Shown here in pieces: positions 23,260-35,300 of a stretch of DNA of 39,289 bases. Position 1 is the first letter of the stretch. Each line of letters begins with the position of its first letter. A program made the translations under genes and the position numbers. Below the pieces are notes generated by a model. The model had not been told where the DNA came from and did not search any database. It saw only the letters and a list, made by a program, of their open reading frames with translations. The DNA lies in the NCBI RefSeq assembly GCF_006345805.1, contig NW_021835563.1, positions 1 through 39,289 of the forward strand, read 5' to 3'. The stretch comes from Octopus sinensis (lineage: Eukaryota).

Positions 23260-23329
23260 ACGCCTTACATATGACACTGTAAATAAGTGTGAATATTTAA
23301 CAGAATTGCAGTTATGAGCATGCGTTAAG

Positions 23330-23892
23330 TGATAGGGGATATAAAATACTTAGTTCAATTCAAAAGTTACTTTGCATTATGCACTCACAATTACCACTTC
23401 CACCACAACCACTACCACCGTCTCTCACTCCCCTTTCTCTCATTTTCTCAGTTTATCTATCTATCTATTTATCTACCTATCTGCCTTCCTTTAATCTCAC
23501 CATCAGAACATCACCGCTCTGCTAAAATTATATTCGTAACCCTCCTCAATATCACTACCTTCAACTAACTTTTCATCACGTAATAAATATTACGTTCCCC
23601 CTACCACATATCCTCTCCCTCTTTTTTCTCCCTCGCTCTTTTTTCTCTCCCCTTTTCTCCTCTCCCTCTCTTTCTGCCCCACTCTTCCACTTACTTTCTC
23701 ATTCCTTTTTCTTTCTCTTGGTCTCACATTCAATTCAACTAATCACGTGTAAGCATTACAGTCACGTCCCTTCTACCTAAGGTCATGGACATTTCTCTTT
23801 CGCTCTTTTTCGTTCTCCCTCTTTTTCTCTAATCACGAGAAAGCGTTACCGACGGACTTATTAAGATAATGACAAGCAGAATTATTATAAGA
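23330..23892 (-). mobile_element. Non-autonomous Helitron-like fragment
   Basis: Minus-strand A|TCTTATAATAA 5'-type end at 23892. Segment ~23490-23700 is homologous to ~38850-39070. Confidence 0.55.
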
Positions 23893-24039
23893 TCAGAAAT
23901 ATTATATTTAAGTTTTCTTCATGACAGACTCCTTCGTTTCCTCCTTATTCTTTACATCATTCTTTTCTTCAGCTCCGACATTTTCTCCCACTTCTCTTAT
24001 TGTTGTTTTAATGTTGTTGCTGTTGTTGTTGCTTATCAT

Positions 24040-24111
24040 CATTATCCTCATAATCATCATCATCATCGTCATCATCATCTTCTTCTTCTTCTTCTTCTTC
24101 TTTTTCTTCTT

Positions 24112-24164
<53 letters not shown>

Positions 24165-24200
24165 GCTGCTGCTGCTGATGATGATGATGATGGTGATGAT
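24040..24200. repeat. Compound trinucleotide microsatellite (CAT-CTT-CTA-CTG-ATG)
   Basis: Direct reading. Similar CTT/CAT/ATT fields occur at 25490-25870 and 27050-27255. Confidence 0.95.
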
Positions 24201-24589
24201 GTCGATGTTGCGGTTTGGGCAACAAGACGGATAAGAGTGATTAGGTGATGGTCCAGGGCTTAGGGGCGGGGGACTTTCTCTTATGTTAGTCATCTTCTTC
24301 ATAATAAGATCACGATATGTCATCCAATGTCATTTCCACAAACTAAATGTCTCTCTTATCTTCTTTATTTACCCTCATTCTTCTACAATTCATATTGTCT
24401 TGCAATTTGTGTTTGCCTGTGTGTAAGAAAGTGGGAATATATGTATGGCCTGGAAGTGAATGTGTGCGTTTATACATCAGGGTTTGATAAGGTATATATA
24501 GGTGGATGTGTGTATGTACACACACGCACACACACACACAGACACACACACATACACACACACATATATATATATATATACACACACAC

Positions 24590-24622
<33 letters not shown>

Positions 24623-24624
24623 TT

Positions 24625-25098
24625 TATTCTTGTATTTAGGAATGGTCATATTGCCAGTTTAGCCAATAAAAACTCACGCACTATATATTTGGCGTTACTT
24701 TGATTCAGCTTTATTTATTTTTGACGTTAATCTTAATCTTCCTTCGAACGTATATAAACAGGGGATACAGATATTACAGGCACTCTCCCCCAAACACACA
24801 CTCTAACTAAACATAGACACATATAGAGGTATACACATGCGCAAATGAAGACACATACAATAGAAATAAAAAATACAAAATGGCTCATCGTTAGTAAGGA
24901 GAGACACACAAATATGAAAGAAAAAAGCAATGAACCACTGATGAGGTCACAGGAGTGTGACGAAAGAACTCTGGCCGAAATAAGGGTAAGATTCATTTTA
25001 AAAAGAAATAACGCTGAAGCAAAGTAACACCAAATATATAGTGCGTGTGTTTTCTATTGGCTAAACTGACAAAATGACCATTCCTAAATACAACAATA
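24625..25098. repeat. Inverted-repeat element (arms 24625-24709 / 25013-25098) enclosing a near-canonical HHR (24935-24974, +)
   Basis: ~85-bp arms are reverse complements with several mismatches. Internal CCA-CUGAUGA-G-GUCAC aggagu GUGAC-GAAA-GaaCUC-UGG. Flanked by microsatellites. Confidence 0.65.
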
Positions 25099-25199
25099 TA
25101 TGTTTCAACACACGATTTCACATCAAAATTCTTGCAAAACAAATACATAAACGTGTATACACACACACACACCACACACACCACACACACACCACACAT

Positions 25200-25266
<67 letters not shown>

Positions 25267-25731
25267 CGTGTTTGTTTGATGTGTGACTATAGTATTTGTA
25301 TTAATATTCTTTTATTCCCACTTGTTTCCCAATTCTGATATTCCACGGTATTTTCTTGTCCTAATATAACTTCTTTTCTTGCATTTATCGTCTTCATCAC
25401 AATATTTCTCTACATTCATCTTGTTCATCATTTTCTGGTTCTTCTGCTTTTAATTCTCACAACTGCTTTCTCCTCTTTTCACGAATCATTGTTGCTTCTT
25501 CTTCTTCTTCTTCTTCTTCTTCTTCTTCTTCTTCTTCTTCTTCTTCTTCTTCTTCTTCTTCTTCTGCTTCTTCTTCTTTTCTTCTTCTTCTTCTTCTTTC
25601 TTCTTCTTCTTCTTCTTCTATTTTTCTATATCTATAATTCTATGATTTATTTTCCTTCGCCTTCTTCGTTATTCTTATCAATTTCTAATTTTTCATCACA
25701 TCTTTCATCATATTTATGGTCATCACCGTCG

Positions 25732-25788
<57 letters not shown>

Positions 25789-26271
25789 CAATCGTCGTCA
25801 TCATCATCATCATCATCATCAGCATCATCATCACCATCATCATCATCGTCATCATTATTATATTCATAGTCCTTCTGCTAATCATATATTCGTATTCACT
25901 AATCGTTATAATTTATCATGTCATCATAACTAATTCCTTCCCTCATTTACTCTGCTATTTCTAGCATGCAGAATCATCATCACCTTCGTTATGAACATCA
26001 TAATAATCAACGTCGTCATCACCAATCAATCGGTAGCGTTCGTCATCCTTTTCGATAATAATCATCATCATTTTTCCTTCTCACCGTCATTATTACAACA
26101 TTTACGATCAACATTGCATTCCTCCTTCTCATCATCATCATCAACATCATTTCGTCCATTTTCTCCTTCACCGTCCTCTTTTTATTAATATGATTCTAAA
26201 GATACAAGACTTAATATTTTATAAGAAATCTTTTTAATACTCATTCTTTTGAATTGTGTTTTATGTTTCAG

Positions 26272-26343
26272 AAATCTCGATAGGAATAAGATCTCAACCA
26301 TCCCACAAGGATCCTTTCGAAATCTTCCAAGTTTAATCGATTT
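26272..26343 (+). CDS. 72-nt internal coding exon encoding one leucine-rich repeat of an unidentified host gene
   Basis: ttatgtttcag| a aat ctc gat agg aat aag atc ... atc gat tt |gtaagt. Exactly 72 nt, phase 2-2, translating to (L)NLDRNKISTIPQGSFRNLPSLID(L), the typical extracellular LRR consensus. Confidence 0.88.
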
Positions 26344-27213
26344 GTAAGTTGCTCAAGTTTTTTGATATTATTTTATTTACGAACTTTTTCTAGGAACTTG
26401 ATGTCTTCTCATCTTCCTTTTTCTCTCTCTATCTCTAACTAATGTTCTGCTACTATTTTCATGTTAGAGTGTGTATGAAGATGTCAATGAGAGTTTGTGT
26501 CTGTACGTGACTGCATTAATGTCTAACATTTTGTGTATGAGTGTACGATTGCACGTGAATATCTATGTTTGTATTTGTGTCTATAGGTGGGTATATGATG
26601 AAATATATATTGATGCAGAGTTATACTCACTTCAAGAAAAGAAAGTATAGAAATATATTCATCCTCACTTCTTTGAGATACTGATTCAATAATATGAGTT
26701 ATCTTAAACTCTACAATTACATGACGTGCTGAAGTTGGTAGTCGTCATTTTCTATTTGTACAGTGAGCTACAGCTGGGGCAATTTGGCCAAACTGTGCAG
26801 TGTGATGGCTGCATATGCCGTTTCAATTTCTTTAGGAAGGATGTTAATGTAGCTAGTCGTCCACAACATAAAACAACGTTTGGTGTGTCCCTCGTACGTT
26901 CGTGTCTGTGTGTATGTCTGATAATTTTACTTATGTTGATATATTTTTATTATCATTTCTATCCTCATTCCCAATTTTTTTTTAATTGTTTTGCTTGTCC
27001 ATCTTTTCTATTTTTTTGCTACTTATATTACTTTTTCTTCATCACAGACTTCTTCGTTGTTATTATTGTTGTTGTTGTTGTTTTTGTTCTTCTTTCTCTT
27101 CTTCTTTTTCTTCTTCTTTTTTCTTCTTCTTTTTCACCTTCTTCGTACTAAAATTATTATTATTATTAGTATCATTATTATTATTATTATTATCATTATT
27201 ATTATTATTATTA

Positions 27214-27257
<44 letters not shown>

Positions 27258-27689
27258 AACGAAATACATTATAATAGAACCAAGTGAAACCGAGTTTATT
27301 CAGTAGAGTACTTTTTGAAATGTCAACTGATGAGAAACATCTGCAAAGAAAGATGCACCGCGGCCAATCGACCATTATCTCATCCATGAGGGGCCGATTG
27401 AAGACGGGTTGAAACGGCAGTAAAGATTAATGTATCTCGTAAAATTCATTTTCCATTTCCGTCATACGTGTGTGTGTGTATTGTGTGTGTGTACGTGTAT
27501 GTGTGTATGTGTTTGTGTGTGTGTGTGTGTGTGTGCATACGCTTTGGCGTTGGCATGGCTGTGTAATAAGAATTTTGCTTCTGTATTCAGTCCTTATGCG
27601 TGTACTCTGTTCTCTAACCGAACAAACCTGTTTATGTTTGTAAATTGGGTACACGTTAACTGAAAGAAACCTTATGTTACCTGAGCAAT

Positions 27690-28412
27690 AATACAGCGGC
27701 CCCAGCTTTTCTGACAATTTTGGAATCCAGACTGGACGTAGTTTTCCGTAGGTGAGTCGAAGATCTCTTGATCTCGACGAGGGTGTTAAATTCACTCTTG
27801 ATCTCGACCTCTGAGCTGATTTTTCATCTTGAGGAACAGATGCAAGTCAGCAGGTGGTAAATCTGGCGAATAGGGCAGGTGCGGAAGCGATAGCACGTTG
27901 TTTTTGGCAAGAAACTCACGAGTGAGGTGATAGGTGCATTGTTGTCGAGAAAACTTCAATACTTCGCGAATCACAGAACCGGTCATTTTCCCCGAACGTC
28001 TTCCCTGAATAATCTCCCAATGCACAATACCGAGGATGTCGGCAAAAAATGATGAACATGCTCTGGATGAAGCTGTAGATTTTCGTGCGACTGTACACTC
28101 GAAACATTAAGTACAACCCACTATCTCGCCGCCATGAGTTTGCCAAAGCATGCTCTGTCTCTCTGTAGCAGACTTCCCGATTTTAACGCAAAATTACGCT
28201 TTCTTCATTTCTTCCAATTTCCTCTTCATGACAAAATTGCAGATTACAGTATCACCAAATTTCAAATTCCACATCTTCGGAAGTATATAAAGCGATGTCG
28301 CTCAACAGGGTGCCTCATGAAGGTCACTGCTAGCTACCACCACGCATACAATCGTATGCAGCCATCTGTTTGCGCGCTATAGAACTCATTCGTGAAATTT
28401 GAAACGACCTTG
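27690..28412 (-). mobile_element. Non-autonomous mariner-like element, copy B (left boundary may extend to ~27600)
   Basis: REFLAKNNVLSLPHLPYSPDLPPADLHLFLKMK (mariner YSPDL motif); right end gaaacgaccttg|ta; colinear with copy A. Confidence 0.8.
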
Positions 28413-28609
28413 TACATGCATATATATATGTATTTATATATATATATATATATATATATACAAAACAAATATAAGAGAGTGGTCATATTGCTCACTCTAG
28501 CACCAGTTAATCCAAAAGGTTTCAACCACGAAGATACATGTTTCCATGAAAGCCAGTACGACTGTTAGCTCACACGGACAGGGCAAGTAAAAAATAACAA
28601 AATACAGAT

Positions 28610-28695
28610 TATTTTGGGACAATTGTTTCGCTATAATGAATTAAATGTAATATTACTTACAAAAAAAATCCATTTGTAGCTCGTCAGCCAAGACT
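28610..28695 (-). ncRNA. Intact type I hammerhead ribozyme, copy 1
   Basis: GUCUUGG-CUGACGA(28681-28687)-GCUA...UAGC-GAAA(28626-28629)-CAAUUG-UC-CCAAAAU. Palindromic ACAAUUGU, GUC with C17 at 28618. Confidence 0.88.
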
Positions 28696-29146
28696 ATCTG
28701 GATGAAATCCACTCAATCACACGCCAGATTTTACCATAACGATAAATACGCGTGTGGTTCAATTGATTACATCCGACGTTATAATTCAAATGCCCCAACC
28801 AACAGCGCGCCAAACTTTCACGGAAAACAAATACAGCATTTAGAAATAAATGCAGCATAATTATAATTAATTAATAAGGGTGAGAGAATTAGATAGATAC
28901 TAATTAATAGTATATTTATTCAACACCAAGTGGCCTAGTGCTACGAGAAACCTGGATTATTATAATATTTTATAACATATTACAATACTTTTACAAAACA
29001 AATATAAGAGAGTGGCCAATATATTGCTCACTCTAGCACCAGTTAATTCAAAAGGTTTCAACCACGAAGATACATGTTTCCCATGAAAGCCAGTACGACT
29101 GTTAGCTCACACGGACAGGGCAAGTAAAAAATAACAAAATACAGAT

Positions 29147-29232
29147 TATTTTGGGACAATTGTTTCGCTATTAATGAATTAAATGTAATATTACTTACAA
29201 AAAAATCCATTTGTAGCTCGTCAGCCAAGACT
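29147..29232 (-). ncRNA. Intact type I hammerhead ribozyme, copy 2
   Basis: Same structure: core at 29218-29224, GAAA at 29163-29166, C17 at 29155. Confidence 0.88.
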
Positions 29233-29403
29233 ATCTGGATGAAATCCACTCAATCACACGCCAGATTTTACCATAACGATAAATACGCGTGTGGTTCAAT
29301 TGATTACATCCGACGTTATAATTCAAATGCCCCAACCAACAGCGCGCCAAACTTTCACGGATACACTTACAGATATGTATGTATTTCATACATACATATA
29401 TGC

Positions 29404-29455
<52 letters not shown>

Positions 29456-29672
29456 TAAATAAATATTCATACATGCAAACATCTATCTCATATATATATA
29501 TATCTGCTTGTGTTTGTGTATTTATATATATACACTTATAGATATGTATGCATTTCAAGCATACATACATACACACATGCATAAATATATGTATATATAT
29601 ATACTAAGCAATAAAGGGTTTAGCAACGAATTGCCTCACCACATAACGAATTTAGAAATAGCAGTCAAAGAG

Positions 29673-29752
<80 letters not shown>

Positions 29753-29926
29753 TATATATATATGTATATATATAATAAATATATATGTATAAATATATAT
29801 ATATATGTATGTATAGATATATATACTAAATAAATATTCATACATGCATACATCTATCTCATATACATATATCTGCTTGTATTTGTGCATATATATATAT
29901 ATATGTAAATATATATCTCTATCTAT

Positions 29927-29963
<37 letters not shown>

Positions 29964-30682
29964 ATTTATCTATCTATCTGTCGTCCACGAGACGACGATA
30001 CTTCCATTTAACCACAGGAACACATCACTTGATTTATTCAGTTCGCTTCTCACACTCGATATTTGGTGCAATCGGGAGATAACACCTGCTTCCCTAGCTT
30101 GAAGAGTCTACCCCACAGGTCTCGATTTGTACTTGATCTCCTTAGAGGTGGGTTGTCGTCGCCAGGCATGTCAGGAGTTTACTTCGCTTGCAATATATAG
30201 AAAATAGTGTCATTGATTGTGTAACTAGGACACTAAAATGTTAGAAGATCTCTGTTCGTGAAAGAAGCAGTATAAGAAGCAAAAAATATTGCCCATGATC
30301 ACTTTACAGTGGCTATATATATGTGATATATATATATATATATTCATGTATGTATTAATACATTATACACATCAAATTACACATAAACACATACCTATAG
30401 TTACGTACATATATGTGTGTGTGCATGTGCGTGCGAGCGTTCGTAGTGCTTTCTTCTGTGTGTATGAGAGTGTGTGTGTATGTGTGTGTGTGTGTAAGAA
30501 AAATCATATTTAGTGACGGAAAAGTATGCTATTAAAATCTATTATATTGCATACAGTTTTTACATTACCATGTCGCCTTAATGAAATGCCTCACACACAT
30601 GCATACACACACACGCACTCAAACTAAGCGATAAATTCATAGAGTGGAAAATTTTGCGTTGAGGAAATGAAAGACATTGGCC

Positions 30683-30748
<66 letters not shown>

Positions 30749-31275
30749 TACTTTGTTTCTCTCACAGATTTTGAAATTTGGTATATTGATGAATTCTTTC
30801 ATAATGAATCCGATTTTTTTACCCATATATATATGTGTGTATATAGTTAATAAAAGGAAATAGAGAAGTAATATAGAGGATACCTGGCTATGTTTTTATC
30901 TCGATGAAAAGAGTAATACGTACAATATTTAAGATGTAAAGGAAGCGAATCAACAAATGACAAACATAAAGCAATCCTACAATTGTTTCCATCGTGATGT
31001 TAGGTTTCGATCATCACCGTTTCAGCGATGATAGATGTAAAATAACCCCGCATCATATGTCCGGATATCATCAGTGGCAATGTTTACTTTCTGGTGGTGA
31101 ACAGCGAAATATCTAAGATTAAGATTGTATCATATATATGTATGTATATATATATATATATATATATGCGTGTGTGCGTGTGTGTGTGCGTGTGTGCGTG
31201 TGTGTGTGCGTGTGTGCGTGTGTGTGTGCGTGTGTGCGTGTGTGTGTGCGTGTGTGCGTGTGTGTGTGTGTGTGT

Positions 31276-31365
31276 AGGCGCAGGAGTAGATGTGCGCTAA
31301 GAAGTATGCCACCGAACCACATGGTTCCAGGTTAAGTCCCACTGCATGACACCTTGGGCAAGTTT
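31276..31365 (+). mobile_element. SINE head fragment (same family as 172-300)
   Basis: aggcgcaggagt..aaccacatggttccaggttaagtcccactgcatgacaccttgggcaag is the reverse complement of the family head. Confidence 0.8.
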
Positions 31366-31484
31366 CTTTTGTATGTTTTGTAGTATTTAATATATTTTAC
31401 ATTTGTGGAATAACTGAACGTCACGCATCCCGACTTTTGTTAACAGGAAGTTTGCATATACATACATGTGTAATTATAGGTATA

Positions 31485-34400
31485 CTAGCAGTTAAGGCCG
31501 ATTTCACCCGGTCTGTTTGGATGATGTGGGTGTGATCGTTTTCGGTTAGGCATAATCTATAACAACGTTTCTCAACCTTATCATTTCGGGTCTCCTGTTT
31601 CGATTGGAGCCTCCAGCTATATGAAAATTTATTTCCATCACAACCCCGCCCGCTGTAAGAAAACAGCTTCAGGAGATGTGAAGAAAGAATTTGTACGTAG
31701 TCTGTTTCTGAGAGCTATTGCATTGGGCCACTGTCTAATCATTAAAACATTTATTTAATTATGAAGATAGAAAGAAATTATACATTAATCGCTATTTTTG
31801 TAAGCAGTTGTATCCATAAAAATTTTCTTTTCAGAGAGCAGAAATTGAAAGATATGTGAAATGAACATGTGTGTGTGTGTGTGTGCGTACTTACGCATGT
31901 GTATGTGAGAGGGAAAGAGAGATAGGGTGAATGAGTGAAGATGTGTGTTATTGAGATACGTTGGCTGGCACGGTGACTACGAAGCTTTTGAGGCGGCAGA
32001 TGACTGGGGTGATTTGAAAGATGTGAAGAAATGCCATATTTTCAGTGGAGCGCTTCTTTGTAGGCAACATTTCGCGATTTCCCTTCTGATGCACAAATGT
32101 CTAGACTTTGTTTGCTGCCAACATGGGAGCATCAAACAGAGAGTTCACCGTGCGAGTTCACAGAGGGTTCACTTGCTCTGTGAGATTTAAACCAACCATT
32201 TGCAATGATTGACCCTCTGCCTTATTTATTGTCATTGCAAAAGAGAGGTTGATAGGAAATTGAAGCCGCTTAAGTTTGTAGATCGTATCGAAGGGAGTGA
32301 GGGACATTGGGGTTATAAGAACATCTTGACCAGTGGCTGGTCCATTCAAGATGTTTGCCTGCAGAACTCGGGAGTATATATTTTTTATTATCATCCGCGT
32401 GCCGTTACACATTATTTGAGCATCCAAATTCCGCAGCAGCATGATGGGGCGCCAACCTTGAGATGGAGTTCCTGAGATGGAAGTCCTGTGGGCGTTTGGG
32501 AATTAAGAAATTCCGTTGTGAAAACGGATATATCCTCCGGGTTTTCATGCGTGTCAATGGACTTGAAGAAGAGTTTTTCTCCAGGAAGCAGATCAAAAGG
32601 TTTATTATTGATAGCGTCGACTGTTTTATTGTGAGGCGCCAAAATTGCTATTCCTTGTAGGCAAGTTTTGTGAAGGCTTTGGCTTGCAATGTCAAGAAAA
32701 ACTGCAGAAATCAAATCATCTACGTTAGGCACGAAGTTACTAAATGGTAAATGGTTGAAACCATCAGTATCGCCAGGTACAGTTCCATTACTAACATCGA
32801 GAAGCTGCGCCGAGAATGTGGCCGCATTATCGTCGCCAAACATTTGAACTCTCATGTTCGTAGTCAGGTGAAGTTTCTCGCTGTGGTGCCATAAGTAGGA
32901 TGATTTTATGGAAGCATTTACCTCGTCAGCTCTTGTCCCCCGTGGAATGACAGGTAGAGTTTGTCGGAAGTTGCCAGCAAGCAGAACAATCACTCCACTC
33001 TCCACTCTCATATTCCGTCTCAGGTCTTGAAGAAACCGCTCGAGCGCCTCAAATGCTGCCTTATAACACATGGCTTCCTCATCCCAAATGATAAGGCTGC
33101 ACTCAGTGAGAAGATTCCCCATGGCTGAGCCGCGACTAACATTGCAAGTTGGATTTCCCTGTTTGGTCAAGTCTAGTGGTAATTTGAATGCTGAGTGTGC
33201 CGTACGACCGTCATGCAGTAGAGTTGCTGCGATGCCGCTGGATGCAACCGCTATGGCAATCCATTTTCCTGACGAATTTTGGCTAGTAGGGTGTTCATGA
33301 GAAAAGTTTTTTCCGGTTCTGCCGGGAGCATCCAAGAAAAGTGTTGTCCTTCGTTGAATTAATACTTGCGAGGAACCTGTTGTATTCAATTCTCTGTACT
33401 TCCAAAAGTCTAGGCACATCCTGAGCAACCTGCGCCACCATTTCCTGCGTGTTGTAGCTCAACTCTCACATGTACTCAGCTGCTAAAGCATTTGGAATGT
33501 CCCGCGGTGACGGCAGACTGAAATCTGAGGACGCCAACTCATCCCATAGCTTGCAGTCGCGATTGGAAATCGAGTAGGGCTGTGTTGTAGATGACGTTAT
33601 TGAAGTCGAATCCAGCCGTTGGATCTTCGGCTTGAAGTCGTCGGACATAATCTTCGGAAAAACTATCTTTAAATGTGTCCCAGAAATGAAGAGGGTTAGA
33701 CATTACTGAATAGCAAGATGAGACAAAATATTCGGCGCATTGCTTCTGGTGTCCTGCATTCAGAGGCCTCTTGCAATGCCATGTTCCAGAGACCCTCATC
33801 CTCGAGTAGTCACCGTCGCAAGCAAGCGTCCCTGTAAGTGCAACACATTTGTCCTTCGAATGATCTGACGTGGGCAAATGATGTTCGGTCTTTCATATGA
33901 AACAGAATCATCCGCAAAAAAGCACTCCTGATCCTTTGGGTGTACAGTGTGGACACGACCGATCATGTTTCCATTGTAGATTACCTCTCCGACCTCATTG
34001 TCGATTCGCACACCCTGCCGCCGCCTTTGACATTTTTTGTTAGTCCAAGTGAAGTAAACACGTTGCCTATTTTCTAAGTGTACATCTAGGCCAAAAACAG
34101 ATGCAGAGGACTGGTGAATATCCAAACCTAAAATGCGCCATGCCGCCATATTAGACGAAATATTGAAGGATTTCATCGTTGGCTGTCTCTTCATCCTGCT
34201 CACCCAAAGCAGCCATGTCGCTGCCCTTGTTTACATGTTTGCATATGTACTTGATGCCTTTAATCGAGGTGCAAGATTCAACGTTGATGTGGGCGTTGAA
34301 GTTTTTAAGGGGGAAAGGGCTGTAGGGAACAACCATAATGTTGTTGATGGCAATATCTTAGCTCTTTATCCTTTTTGCGCCGAAATTCCTCCAAAGTCAG

Positions 34401-35300
34401 CGGCACGTCGTCAGTAAATTGGGTAGCCATCAATACGAGTACATATAGCCCTGTTGAAAGCCCTGGGATGGTTCTTTGAACATCTATTTTTTTCATTACA
34501 TGGAGAATTAGTATTCAAGACACCACAGGGCCCGTGTGTCATATGCGCCGACACTATTTGGAATACCTGCAAGTTGACATTAGTGTCAGGCCACTAAGTC
34601 GTGTCTGTCGCATGCAGCCTGGCCCTCGAATAAGTTTTCCGTTATCTCCCTCCAAGTTGAGTTGCACGTAAAGGTGATGAAGATGTCAGGTTCGCTAAAC
34701 TTACGGACATATGCCATGGCATCCTGTGTCCGCTGATGCATATACCGTCGAGACCCGGTATGGCTGGAAGGACGTATCACCGGAAGGCCAATGTTTCTTG
34801 CATTAACATAGAGCTGGACATGAACGGTAAGATATCGATCCACACGCAATCTGTTTTGATTTTAACGAATACAAAGAAGCCTTTCACCTTCAACCTTGGC
34901 AAACATGTCAACCAAGAATTGATTTGTGACTTCCTTGTACCGTAGTAGTTGTTCGAACTTTTCTTCTCTGACCATAAGACGGAAGGCATAGAATTCCTTG
35001 CAGGAAACAGCCTTGGTTAATTCAGCACCCGTGATTGGATCAACATGGCGTTGGTGAAAGCTGTTGCCATCCTCTCCAAAGGGGAAACAGTAGGGGGTAC
35101 TGCAGGCAGTCGTATGACCGATAGGTTTCCGAAACAAAGGACAGTCGGCTTCCACCCATGACAAAAACTTAAGGAGAACCTCAAATACGCCAACTTTTCG
35201 ACCAACCACAACGCCAGGTCTCCTAAACTCTGTCGTAGTTATCGTATCCAAACGGGTTTCATCACTGCCCGCATTAAGGAAATATTTGAAATGAACGGGA
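31485..35300 (-). mobile_element. Helitron B: decayed Rep/PIF1-helicase gene (~32040-35260) with a candidate 3' end (hairpin + CTAG) at 31485
   Basis: Rep region FLVDMFAKVEGERL, PSSHTGSRRYMHQRTQDAMAYVR..PDIFITFTCN, HMTHGPCG, NAHINVE..KYICKHVNKG. PIF1 motifs DAPGRTGK, SSGIAATLL..GRTAHS, IIWDE, LAGNFRQTLP, NGTR, FAMTINKAEGQS. Minus-strand ccgggtgaaatcggcc-ttaactg-CTAG|T. Confidence 0.9.
32412..33428 (-). pseudogene. Longest surviving frame of the Helitron PIF1-family helicase
   Basis: 338-aa ORF with SF1B helicase motifs. Walker A is altered (GRTGKN for GGTGKT) and the frame shifts at both ends. Confidence 0.9.

Larger units (their letters stand above)
28461..29361 (-). mobile_element. Retrozyme-like / non-autonomous PLE-type element: direct repeats 28461-28824 and 28994-29361 around a 169-bp AT-rich spacer
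   Basis: The two ~365-bp repeats are nearly identical (a few small indels), each holds an intact HHR, there is no convincing ORF, and the element is embedded between (TA)n tracts. Confidence 0.8.

Noticed and set aside
29440-29900. Duplicated actaaataaatattcatacatgc..atctgcttg block
   Set aside because: Short duplication within a microsatellite field; ordinary slippage or assembly effect.
29990-30220. GC-richer island that looks coding
   Set aside because: No open frame or recognisable motif on either strand; probably an unidentifiable TE fragment.
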